From Octopus sinensis (lineage: Eukaryota), in assembly GCF_006345805.1 (NCBI RefSeq), contig NC_043001.1:6076001-6140000 (forward strand): DNA of 64,000 nt, in the 5' to 3' direction. A program made the position numbers and the translations under genes. The notes beneath the pieces were generated by a model. It was not told the origin of the DNA. It was given only the letters and a program-made list of their open reading frames with translations, and searched no databases. Of the stretch, positions 27,670-39,776 are shown one piece after another. Position 1 is the first letter of the stretch. The number at the start of each line of letters is the position of its first letter.

Positions 27670-28455
27670 AGCGGCGAGCTGGCACAAAACTTAGCACGCT
27701 GGATGAAATGCTTAGTGGTATTTCGTCTGCCGTTACGTTTTGGGTTCAAATTCCGACGAGGTCAACTTTGCCTTTTATCATTCCGGGGTCGATAAATTAA
27801 GTACCAGCTACGCACTGGGTTCGATATAATCGACTTATTCCGTTTGTCTGTCCTTGTTTGTCCTCTCTCTGTTTAGCCCCTTTTGGGTAGTAAAGAAATA
27901 GGTATTTTGTCTGTCTTAACGTTCTGATTTCAAATTCCACCGAGGTCGACTTTTCCTTTCATCCTTTCAGGGTCGATAAATTACGTACCAGTTGCTAACT
28001 GGGGTCGATCTAATCGACTGGCTTTCTTCCGAAATATTTCGGTTCTCGTACCTAGAGTAGAAAAGTATAGGACCAAAAACGGTGAGGTGGCAGAAACATT
28101 AGCACGTCAGGCGAAATGCTTAGCGGTATTTCGTCTGCCGCTACGTTCTGAGTTCAAATACCGCCGAAGTCGACTTTGCCTTTCATCCTTTCGGGGTGGA
28201 TTAAATAAGTACCAGTTACGCACTGGAGTCGATAATCCGTTTGTCTGTCCTTGTTTGTCCTCTCTGTGTTTAGCCCCTTGTTGATAGTAAAGAAATAGGT
28301 ATTTCGTCTGTCTTTATGTTTTGAGTTCATATTCCGCCGAGGTCGACTTTGCCTTTCATCCTTTCACAGTCTATTAATTAAATACTAGTTCCGTACTTAG
28401 GTCGATCTAATTGACTCGCCCTCTCCCCCAATATTTGGGCATGCCTAGAATAGAA
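27670..28455 (+). mobile_element. Two tandem dimeric family A SINEs (head-core-linker-core)
   Basis: Four copies of the GAGGTCGACTTTGCCTTTCATCCTTTC-like core, with heads (GAG(C/G)TGGCA..TTAGCACG) only at about 27671 and 28081. Confidence 0.85.
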
Positions 28456-28574
28456 AATAATAATTATAATGTCAAACTCACATGTGTTTGTATCTAGACA
28501 ACAATATGTCACTGATTTATTTCCGGTATTACATTATAAGAAATTATACACAACCTGAATTCTGACTTAATAAA

Positions 28575-28950
28575 GTTGAACTTACGAGTGCCCCATTGTT
28601 CGCGTAATTTACAGTACGAGTCAAGACTTGTGCAATTTTGTGTCTGTAAGTACGAGCGGAAATCCACAGTACGAGCACACAAATCGTCCCATCTTTAAGG
28701 TAATTCAGTTAATAAAACCAGATTACATATTTCTTTTGCATTCTCTTTCTTATAATTGTCATTTTACTTGTAACTACAGCTTTTCTGTTTTAAACCAATA
28801 AAAAATTATGGTTGAGTGGTTTTGGGTGTCTGGAACGGATTAATTATGTTTTAGTTTATTTCAATGGGGAAAATCGATTTGTAAAATGAGTAAATCGTAA
28901 GACGAACTCAGTCACGGAACGAATTAACCTCGTAGTGCGCGGTATCACTG
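28575..28950 (+). mobile_element. Tigger/pogo-like DNA transposon end
   Basis: Contains GGAACGGATTAATT..ATTTCAATGGGGAAAA..GGAACGAATTAACCTCGTA..GGTATCACTG, resembling the right end of CAGTGGTACC-type elements. The partner TIR was not found. Confidence 0.5.
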
Positions 28951-31582
28951 CACTTTGGCTGTGGTGCCTGGTTACTTATATTCACATTGTGCTTTGAATG
29001 CAATCTTTAAGATTTTCAAAAACTTATGTATTGCCATAATGACTACGTAACTGTCACAATATGTTAATATAGATATTTGTAATTCTAATGGTAAAAGAAA
29101 CCTCTTAATACATACTCATATACTACGTTACTTGAAGTTACGGCGTCGCTAATCTCCGCTTCAAATACATTATATATGGATGTGTGAAAGTGTAAACGAA
29201 TTTACAATAATGTTGATGAGATGAAAAATATCATAAAATTACTTTTCCAGACGACAAACATAAATTTACTCTAAAATAGTTCCAAACTGTTTATACGTAA
29301 GTAATGAGTTTTTTAAAACATGTTTGCCAAAACGATATCGTGAAATATTCGATTAGCTCATGTCCACTTCCTAGTGACATTCAGAGGTGTATGGTACTTT
29401 AGCAGATGCATTGATACGTCGAATGGATGTCGTTTGTTAACCTATTATTTAACAGCTGCCACCAATTTCCTTCTACAATAAAACATGAAGGGATTCCCTG
29501 TGAATCAAACAGCAGTCATACGTTTAAATCCATTACAATCTAAGAAGACTTAAAATACCCCAAAATGAAAATGTGGTGAGAAGATATACTTATGTCTTAC
29601 AATTGTATTTCTCGTAGTTAAAAACTTAATCTTTCTTTGTGCAACTGATATATATTCCTATATGTGTCTGATAAGACCCATTTTTCTGATAATGTTAAGA
29701 AGATATATATTCAAAAAGGAAGTACTCACTATCCGTAATAGTCTGTACATATTGTGTGTGGGTTGATGAATAACCACTACTTGACAGATTTCTGTTAAAT
29801 GCTGAAGAAGAATTATTCAGAATTATTTCAATTGTATGCTATGAGAGAAAAATAATTCTCGCGAACACTGTATAAGTTTTTCCAATCAACTTACTTAACC
29901 CTGTTTTTGGTAATTTCACTGTGAAAACTTTTCGAAACACAAAAAAGAACACAATTTATCATAGACGTAAGTAAAACAGATATTTACTACTTTTACTAAA
30001 ATGAATTTCTTTTTTTTAAGTCTAAATATTTTTCTCCGAAGCTTGTTGAAAATAGTTGTGAAACGTCATGCAAGTATGTTTGTTACTCTTTTTTTTGTCT
30101 TTTGAGTGCGAAAGATTATTTTAGAAATTGTAATTGTTCAGCTTATCTACTTTTTGGTGAAGTTTCAAATTTTTTTCTTTCAAATATTTACCAAACGCCA
30201 CACTCGCTTATCAAGTGTAATTTGCTTAAGATATTCTGGAACGAATATATAAATAATTATAAGCATTTATCTATGAGCTGCTCCGAACTACTATTTTATT
30301 CATTCAAAATTGAATGAAATATGTTTTCTTCTAGTTTTTATGAGCATGGAATTTTTCTAAGAGAACCGTAACCGACATATAACTTACGAGCATTCAGAAA
30401 AAATAAATCAGTTTTCTCTCATAGTGTCGCATCGTATTAACAGATGCAGTGCTCCAGCATGATCACCGCTTCTGGCTAGAACCAATACTGGAAACAGAAA
30501 AAGAAATCTACACGCGTATATTGAGACTGAGATATTGATAGATCGCTCAGTACTCACACTGAAATGCAGACAAACTCATCCACACGTGTGTGTGTTTGTT
30601 TCTGTGTAGCGCGCGTCTGTGTGTATATACAGATACGTCTCTATATGTATATGTGTTTATGCGCGTTGTATTAACTTAGAATTGTTGGTTCATCATCTTT
30701 AATCATGGAGCGGTGAAGCGTTTTGACTTTAAGCATGACATTTTCTTTTTCTGATTTTATTTTAGTGCAGCCATGATATTTCCATCCGTAGTACACAAGC
30801 TTGATATTCCACTGGTGCATTTGGAGAGAGAGAGAGAGAAAGCAAGAGGTTTGCGTGTGTGTGTGTGTGTGTGTTTGAGCGAGAGAGGATAGTATTCAAA
30901 TGACTTCTCTCCAGCACACTGGCACAAGGAGCATTTACTGAATAATAATACAATGATATAAAGCCAGAGGTCAGAGATACACTCACACATGCATATATAT
31001 TTATGGGTGTACACACATACACACACACACGCACACGCACATATAGACACGCAATCAGACACTTATCATGTACCAATGTTTGCATATTTCTGCACCTGTG
31101 TGTAAGTGGATGCGTGTGTATGCATGAGAAAGTGAGAGAGTGTTAGAGAGAAAGTGAAAAGGTAGAGAGAGAGAGAGAAAAGAGAGAAGGTGAAAGGTAG
31201 AGAGAGAGAGGGCCGTGTCCTTGTGTGTGATGAAATACTTCAGGTCCCTTTCCCTTTCCGTAATTCCTCACTGTATTTCTCCTTCTTGATTTCTATCATT
31301 CACACTGACTTTTCATTTCAAGTTTCCTAATGTGTTGTCCATTGTGGGATTATTTTTTAGCGCAAAACTCAGCTGGATCTCCTCACGATAGCGCAACTAA
31401 ACGTTTGCGAGTTATTATATTTCCCTCTGTCCAATAAACCAGCTCATCTCACTGTATTTCAAATTGAAAGAGTGAATGAGTTAATTTTTGTGGCAAATCT
31501 TTCTCAAACCTGATCCTTAGATTTGAATGGTACGAACAAACAAATGTATTAGTATAGGGCTCAGGAATAGAAATAGAAAAAG

Positions 31583-31620
31583 TCTTTTACGTTTCGAGCC
31601 TACGCTCTTCGACAGAAAGA
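31583..31620 (-). ncRNA. Minimal hammerhead-like motif with CUGUCGA core
   Basis: Minus strand reads UCUUU-CUGUCGA-A-GAGC-GUAG-GCUC-GAAA-CG-UA-AAAGA. Helix I has 5 bp, helix II has 4 bp, and ACGU is palindromic. Confidence 0.55.
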
Positions 31621-31837
31621 TACACAGAAAAAAAGAAGGAAAGAAACAAGGAGAGAAAAAATGCGTGTAGGAGCTAACGATCTATCATGGCGTATGAAAT
31701 GAATGTAAAAAATTATATATGAGAAAGATAAAATGAAAAAATAAAATGAAAACGAAAGGGACAGTTTTTATGATCAAGTTCAAAGGTTAAAAGTTTGTAG
31801 ACGTCGTGGTGTATTTCAAGGATATATATCTATCTAC

Positions 31838-31913
<76 letters not shown>

Positions 31914-31964
31914 TTATCTATCTATTTGTCTATCTATCTATCTATCAATCTATCTATCTATCTA

Positions 31965-31995
<31 letters not shown>

Positions 31996-32629
31996 GCATA
32001 CTTACATCTGTACCTATATATATATATATATATGCATGTGGGCACAGGACGTCAGGAAACGTGTGCAACAAAAATATGCGAAGTTCGAGTAAGTGGAATA
32101 CGAACTATTTTTTCGAACAACGAAAGACACAAATAGAAAACAAGACAAAGAAGATAAAGAACGGTCCTTCATCAGTTGTTAGCTCTTTTACTACTCTCTT
32201 ATTTCGAGCATTTAACGACATAACAATCAATTTATCCTGCAATTTGATTAACACAATACAATATTCAATGTTGTTTCACCGTAATTATTTACACGTATAA
32301 GCAATGCGCATACGTTTATTAAAACGTATTTCTTGAAAGCATTTTTAATTTCAACAATGACTTAAAAATAGGAGGTTAATATAAAATTACAGCAAATATT
32401 AATCCTTATTGGACCAGCGACTTGGAATTACACAAAAGGCCATTTGGGTCCGATTTACGCACTATTCACGAAGCAATATTCGTTTAACCTTGTATAAATG
32501 TGTGACTGCATGATACAGAACACGAAATTTAGCACTTAATAGTTACATATTTGGAATTATTATATATTTGGAATTATTAGCGTTTAATGGGGAGGGGATA
32601 AAAATATAATTCATTAACTAAAAACCTGT

Positions 32630-32763
32630 ATTTGACGGATATTTATCCTCATCTTATTTTTTGTTAACACAACGATTCGGCTGATATACCTTCAAGCCTT
32701 CATCAGGTGTAGTGAGGAAATTTCGAACTTGAGTTCTCCTTCTTAAGGTATTTTCTGTAGTTG

Positions 32764-32804
<41 letters not shown>

Positions 32805-32891
32805 ATTATTATTATTATTCAGGTCACTACCTGGAGTCGAACTCTGAATCTTGGGGTTAGCAGCCTGCGATCTTAACCACTACGCCACATG
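32630..32891 (-). mobile_element. tRNA-headed SINE-like element with internal (TAA)n and an HHR-bearing 3' part
   Basis: A box TGGCGTAGTGG and B box GTTCGACTCC lie at about 32820-32890, followed by (AAT)n and a body containing an HHR-like fold. Confidence 0.65.
32667..32710 (-). ncRNA. Degenerate minimal hammerhead motif (GAAA changed to GAAU)
   Basis: Minus strand reads ACAC-CUGAUGA-A-GGCU-[12 nt]-AGCC-GAAU-CG-UU-GUGU. Helices I and II pair; A15.1 is mutated. Confidence 0.55.
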
Positions 32892-33942
32892 TAAATAATG
32901 CTCAATATATAAAACAGAACAAAATCAATGTGTATTTGTTTTCTTATACACTAAATTGTATATGAAACATCAGTATACGTCGAAGCAAGCAATATAATGG
33001 TAGACGACCCTTTTTGTTCTTTGGTTTTTTATGGCTCATATAATTCTTTTCAGTTCCCAACACCTTATTTCTAACGTTTGTTTATATATACAGCAATTCG
33101 TTTCCACTACATTCTAGATGATTTTTTTGTTAAGATTTCCTAAATATTTGCAACATTTTCATAGCACCGTTCCCAACATTTATTTCTTTACTTTGTTGTT
33201 CTTCCTCCATAGAACCACCTTATTATATCGTGTCTAATCTTCTTTTCGTTCAATATTCATCATGTAATTTTTTTTTATGCACATCAACTTTTCTAAATTT
33301 AATTATATCTCTAATTCTTACTCTCAATACGTCTTCAATTATACGCCAACGTCTGTGTATATACATGAATACAGACACATATATAAGTGTAAACATTGAT
33401 ATAATTTATATGCATACACACTTAGAGATTTCTTGCAAACAGTTCAGTTTGAACTAGTGTAAATTAAATACGAAAGCATTACAACGTCTAATGCTGGTAT
33501 AGTGACATTTCATTGTTTGTAAATTCTAATACCGCAACAATACGTTCAGATGTAACTTTAATTATGCTCAAAAGATTCAATAATTGACATCCAACTTCCT
33601 CTTTTTTTTTCTTCTTCGATTATGACTGTTCTACACTCTAGACAGTAATATTCTAATTTGCAAAATAAAACAAATTATTACTTTAACACCTACAAATTAT
33701 TGTGCTCATTCATAGTAGGAAACTAATTAAAGACACATTTACATACAATCTAGTGAACATAAATGCATATAACCATTTATTTACACACACACATAGACAA
33801 ACAAACACACACATATATATAAAAGTATATATATACATGCGTACATATATGTATATATATGTTTACACAGTATATAAGTTTATATATATATGCTTATATA
33901 TATGCGTATGTGTGTGTATAATATGTTATTATAAATACACAA

Positions 33943-33981
<39 letters not shown>

Positions 33982-34015
33982 AAGAGAGAGAGAGTGGAGA
34001 TAGATAGATAGATAT

Positions 34016-34046
<31 letters not shown>

Positions 34047-34091
34047 TATAGATAGATAGATAGATAGATAGATGGATATATAGAAAGATAT

Positions 34092-34158
<67 letters not shown>

Positions 34159-35380
34159 AGTTGATCTTCCTGCTTTCAAACCGATCTGAGCGTTACGCAT
34201 CTGTTTATAGGGCACATCAATATATCTGCCTTCTTTCTCTTCACCGTTCTGTCGCAGTTGTTTCTGTTTTTCCCAACCCTATTCCTACGTGACTGACGTA
34301 TTATTTCTCAAGAGAGAAAAAAGAGGTATATGTAGTGAAAGAGAGAGAGAGATACTTATACAACCAGAGAGAGGGGGAGAGGAGGGATGATACTGAGAGA
34401 GACACAAACCTAGAGATATATCGATGAGAGAGATAGAGACATTGAGAGGGACAGAGAGAAAGGAGAGATCCGGCGTCTCACTTTTCTTTAATGAAACGCC
34501 CTTTAAATTACTTAATGCAATACTGAGATACCTTTTAACAAGCTTTAGTGTAAGGGAAACGGAGATGCCAAAATGTGCCTTATGAATATATTTGAGCACC
34601 GTTCAGATCAAGTTGTGTGTGTGTGCATGCTTGCATGTGTGTGTATGTGTTTTCTGTGTCTTTCACATCTGTCTCACGTATATTTTCTATAGGGAGAAAC
34701 AGAGGCAGAGTTAATGAGAAAGGAAAAAAAATATACAACCAGTGAGTGAGAAGAGCAACATAGTGAGAGAGTTAAAGAGATCCAGAACGATAAATAGACA
34801 GAGAGAAAACAGAGCTCCGGCGGCGACTTCAAAGGTATAAATCTAATGTATAAAATTAGAGAAGACGCTGATTTTATACATTGGATTTATACATTAGAGG
34901 TAAAATGAGTGATACGATGAAATTAACAGTATTATATACTAGATGTAGGAGCCAATACACTACCAACTCGGCCCATCGCATTCCGTTTTCAGAAAATTAC
35001 TGCCCAGTTCTCTGCAGAATGGTCAAAGTCATTGCGAAAACCTGAAATATTATCAATTAATTTAGTACTTTCATCGGAGTTTCCATTGTGTTGTTGCCTT
35101 CATTGAATTCATAAATCAAAATATGCCGACTATGCTCCTTTGTCACTTGCATTAGAGCTTTGAAAAATGTGTTAAAATTAAACTGCATTCTTTAAATCTT
35201 GCACTAAGAATAAGTAGACTGTAAAATTACTACCTGTTTTTATGGCAAGTTGATGCAGGAAGTTAATCTTGACCTCCTCTGACATCATTTAGTTGACGTA
35301 ATTGAAAAACAATACGCATTATTTATGGGGTGGCCCAGTATATATTAATGTATGTATGCATGCATGTATATATGTGTGTT

Positions 35381-35424
<44 letters not shown>

Positions 35425-35738
35425 TGTGTGTGTGTGTATGTGTGCGTGTGTGCGCGTATACGCTTATTACAAGTTCATCACAGTTCAAACGTGCTTGAAG
35501 CATATTTGAACCCGTAAGAACGCTATACTCTATATTTTGTGATGCCGAAATTTTCTCGTTGTAGACAAGTTCATCGCTTGGCAGTATATGACAGAGAAAC
35601 AAAGAGCTAAGTCGGGATACATCCATATATACATACATACATACAAATATAAATAGATATATATATTCATACATATATATATATATATGTATGAATATAT
35701 ATATATATATAATATGGATTAGAGATAGAACCACTATT

Positions 35739-36873
35739 AAGCTTTTGACTCGGTAAACCGCCGCCTACTACTTGTCAAGCTTCAGCATATAGTTTCCATC
35801 CGGATATTGTACGATGGGTTGGTGCCTTCCTCTCAGATCGCTCCTTCCAAGTTCAAGTTAATGGTTCGCGGTCCGACGTCTCCAGTGCGAGCAGTGGCGT
35901 GCCTCAAGGTTCAGTGCTTGGGCCCTTGTTGTTCTTAGTCTTCATAAATGACTTGCCCGACGACCTCACGCAACACACCCTTCTATTTGCCGACGATATC
36001 AAACTGGTCGCTCCTCGCGGTAGTATAGAGGATCTTCGTCGATGCCTCCACCAAATTTGGAAGTGGTCTAACGATTGGGACCTGTGTCTGAACGTGTCAA
36101 AGTGCTGTCATTTGCCTGTCGGCTCTACTCCTGCAACTCAACTTGATTTCGAGCCGGGTCGTCTGCTGCTGGAGAGGACCGATCAGGTAAAGGACCTGGG
36201 TATCTTGGTGGATTCCTCCTTTTCGCCTTCGGCCCAGTGCGTCCATGCTGCCAACAAAGCGCGCGGAATTCTGTTTTTGATTCGACGGTCATTCGGAATG
36301 CTCACAGCAGCCATATTCCTGCCACTCTATGTCACGCTGGTGAGACCCATATTGGAGTATGGGATTCAAGCCTCTTCTCCTTATCTCTTCAAAGACATAC
36401 AGCACCTCGAAAGAGTCCAGAGGCTGGCTACCCGTATGGTTCATGGTCTCAAAAATTTGTCCTACGAAGAAAGACTGAGGACGCTCGACCTTTATTCTCT
36501 TGAAAAACGCCGCCACCGTGGTGATCTCATTCTCGCCCACAACATCATAAGCGGGAAGTGTAACCTCTCGAAAGAGCTGTTCTTCACTCCTGCTCCGGAG
36601 CGTCGGCTGCGGGGTCATTCCGAAAAGCTCTACCTGCGACGATTTCATCTCAATCGAAGGAGAGGAGCTTTCTCCGTCCGGGTTGCGGATCCGTGGAACA
36701 AGCTGCCAGACGAGATGGTGAAGATGCCGACGACCGCTTTGTTCAAAGCCTCCCTGGACCTCAAGTGGCCTGAACTCTTTATATGAACACCACCCTGTAC
36801 TTAACTCCATGTCCCCCTACATGGCCTTGCTATTTGCTTTTGAGCCAAATTAACTAACTAACTAACTAACTAA
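35739..36873 (+). mobile_element. Young 5'-truncated CR1/L2-group LINE with (TAAC)n tail
   Basis: Starts in the AFDS motif, has one apparent frameshift near 35790, then an open frame to 36786, a short 3' UTR and TAAC repeats. Confidence 0.92.
35899..36786 (+). CDS. C-terminal part of a LINE ORF2 reverse transcriptase (295 codons open, promoterless fragment)
   Basis: Contains PQGSVLGPLLF, LFADD, KDLGILVD, LVRPILEY, LERVQRLAT and RRHRGDLI. Confidence 0.88.
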   Translation: MPQGSVLGPLLFLVFINDLPDDLTQHTLLFADDIKLVAPRGSIEDLRRCLHQIWKWSNDWDLCLNVSKCCHLPVGSTPATQLDFEPGRLLLERTDQVKDLGILVDSSFSPSAQCVHAANKARGILFLIRRSFGMLTAAIFLPLYVTLVRPILEYGIQASSPYLFKDIQHLERVQRLATRMVHGLKNLSYEERLRTLDLYSLEKRRHRGDLILAHNIISGKCNLSKELFFTPAPERRLRGHSEKLYLRRFHLNRRRGAFSVRVADPWNKLPDEMVKMPTTALFKASLDLKWPELFI

Positions 36874-37159
36874 GCAACTCAAGGACTGATAGACATAAAT
36901 ATAATTAACATAATATATATATATATAATTATTATTGCAATATATTATTATTATATTATTATTATGATTATTATATATATATATATATTATGAGATAGGT
37001 GTTGTAAATTCAACCCTCCATGGGATAACATATATCTAATATACTGCTAGAGAAGTACCCAACAAAGTTAATACGTAAATGTTAAAAATTGCGATGCAAT
37101 TAATTCATCTACTGTATTATGTGGGCAAAGGTAAAATTATTTTTACCGTAAATTAATAA

Positions 37160-37420
37160 TACAAAATGAGAAAATGGAGAAATATATCTAAATCAATCAT
37201 CAACTATCAGATAATACCCAATCAATATTATGATATTACACATTAATATAGTACATTAATATAGTACAAATATAACAAGACATAGAAATACATTTGTTAT
37301 ATTTGTACTATATTAATGTATAATATCATTGATATTATGTAGTAGTTTATAAAGTATTGATTGGGTATTATCTGATAGTTGATGATTGATTAGATATATT
37401 TTTCCATTTTCTATTTTGTA
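37160..37420. repeat. Imperfect fold-back (about 120-bp arms) abutting (TA)n
   Basis: 37160-37278 matches the reverse complement of 37294-37420, with indels. Confidence 0.8.
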
Positions 37421-38559
37421 TATATATATATATATATATATAATATAATATATATATATATATATAATTAGATTAGATTCTATGTTAGCCTCATGCAGGG
37501 ATGGTGTCATCCAAGATATACTGCTTCAGTACATAATGTTTTGGGGAATAATTCATTTCCTTAAGAAAATAGTACTTATATAAAGCCTGTATTTTATACT
37601 CATATAAAACAAGAAGAAGGAGAAGAAGAAGAGCAACAACAACAAGATGGAGATTGTGAAGTTAGTAAGAATTTATTATCACAACAAATCGAACATTATC
37701 CCTTACAGCTGCTTCCATTATACTTTCGGAAGGAACGAATAATATACCAATAAGTGTTTATGAATTTATTATAGCAGACTGAATGATACTGTTTATGATC
37801 TGTATTTTGAGGTGTGCAGGCGACGAATTTACAGGTTGGTTGCAAGGAAATGTAATTATAGTGATAGATGAATAAAGTAAATAGAGATATTAGAGGGAAT
37901 ATCAGTATGAATTAGGTAGGGTCGAAAAGTACATTTATATGGTGTAATTGAAATATAGAAAATGTGTATATATACAAGGCACACGCGCGTATATATACGC
38001 ATATATATATTCACCCGTGCATCCATATATGTGGTGTGTGTATGGGTCTGTGTGTATGTGCGTGTTTTCTTATCATTATCAAAGAATGTATAACTGCACT
38101 TTAATACAGTTATGATAACCATTTCTTTAACAAAACAAAGCTATACATTTTACTTTTGATAATCTGTTTTTTTAAAAAAAGGGAAAAAAATCAAATCAAT
38201 GAATGTCTTTAAAGGCCTCTTCATTTTCAAACTCTCTTTCTTATGCATACATATATATATATATATATATGGTCGTTTTCCACTCCTTATACAGCGTTTG
38301 AGTCCCTTAGATCCATCATAGCATCTGTTGTGGCATTTTAAACTAGACAACTTTCTCAAAACCACTCACATGGATTGAACTTCCGATTTGAAGCACCAAG
38401 AGCTGCAAATAATTAATAATCTATGTTGATTTAAAAATACTTTTGAGGCCAGGTTTAGATTTGCAAGCCTTCTGGGATACATTTCATTCACAGGTGTGCA
38501 CAGACATATAGGCAGAATCGTTGGTGGAGGTTCGTTTTCCAGGGATTCTGAAATGAGAT

Positions 38560-38885
38560 TTGAGCCCAGCAAAAGAAAGGCTTGGTCTGTCTCAAACTGT
38601 GCACACAAAAAGATTATTGTTATTCACCTCCTCGATCGTAACATTCGTCCTTAAATCTCTTTTGTTTCTTGTATGCGCTATCATGGCCCCTTCAAACGCT
38701 TTCACACCATTCCACTCTTTTGAAAGTGATTCTATATCCTCTGGATCCATTCCAAGTGACTTCATCGTAGTCTTTATGCCGTTTCTTTAACCTTTATTTG
38801 AGGTTTACGCCGATAGCGTTTCCCGTCTGCAGCCGCACCCTAAAACAGCTATTAGGACATGCGATCATCCGCCATTCGAACAATA
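38560..38885 (-). mobile_element. Decayed RTE-clade LINE 3' end
   Basis: Translation gives GHIVRMADDRM..LF..GKR..KSLGMDPEDIESL, matching the RTE C-terminal GHV.RM...R.PK pattern. Confidence 0.6.
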
Positions 38886-39119
38886 TGGCCATACCCTCAC
38901 CTTTGTTTTCTCAAAACCATAGATTTAACTGAGCTGATGCCTTCAGATGAAAGAACATCTGTGTTTGGAGTGAAAGAGCTCCATTTAATGTTTAAAATGC
39001 GATGAAGGCTTTTTGTTGGAATTGTTCTAATAATTTAAAAGGATTTTCAAACCAAGCTTTCCATCCCCTCTCCCAACTCCTCCGTCTACGCAGTCTCTGC
39101 AGTGAAGACCATGACTTTC

Positions 39120-39400
39120 AGACTGAGCCTCATCCTACATGGAATTCCGCTCACCTATATCCACACCTCCCTTGCTAGATCATGCATCTGCCCTCTCCCC
39201 TCGCACCCGCCCCGCCGTTTCCGTCTCCCGTTTCCCTCACCTACCACCCCACCAACCCATCTCTCCAATGCACCATTCTCCGAGCCTTCCGGCGACTCCA
39301 GCCCGACCCCTACACTTCACACATCTTCCCTAACTGACCCTCCCCTCCTTCAAACGAGCCCACAACCTGCGAGACCTATTCGTCCGCAGCTCTTCCTTTT
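39120..39400 (+). pseudogene. Penelope-like RT-to-endonuclease linker fragment
   Basis: Translation gives TILRAFRRLQPDPYTSHIFP and FKRAHNLRDLFVRS (39349-39390), matching the PLE F(R/K)R..NLRD.LV.S motif. Confidence 0.6.
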
Positions 39401-39634
39401 GCACGTCTTTTATACCAACACAAAGCAATGTACATGACAACACTTCCAGTTAGTTAAGATCAGAAGTCACGTGAGCCCCTACTACTTGTTTATTATCATC
39501 ATCATCATCATCATCATCATTATTATTATTATTGTTGTTGTTGTTGTTGTCGTTGTAGTCGTCGTCGTCGTTGTTGTTGTTTTATCTACGTGCATCTTTT
39601 CTTCCCGGATTTGTTATTTGCGTGGTTACATTCA

Positions 39635-39776
39635 CACACACACACAGAGGCAATGGGCATCTTTCGGTTTCCATCTCCGAAGTCCACTCAGAAGTGTCAC
39701 GCTGTAGCATGAACCCGGTACAACGTGGTAGATACGCAAGTTTCTTACCACACACACACACCCACGCCTACGCCTA
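39635..39776 (-). mobile_element. tRNA-derived SINE, family B, internally deleted
   Basis: Contains CTTTCGGTTTCC..TCCACTCA..GAACCCGG..TTCTTACCACAC..ACGCCT. Confidence 0.6.

Noticed and set aside
27670-28455. Regularly repeated core as a CRISPR-like array
   Set aside because: The repeats are long SINE cores with homologous, non-unique spacers in a eukaryotic context with no cas genes.
32160-32220. Minus-strand CTGATGAAGG near GCTCGAAAT
   Set aside because: No complementary helix II strand next to a GAAA; at most a PLE-like scrap.
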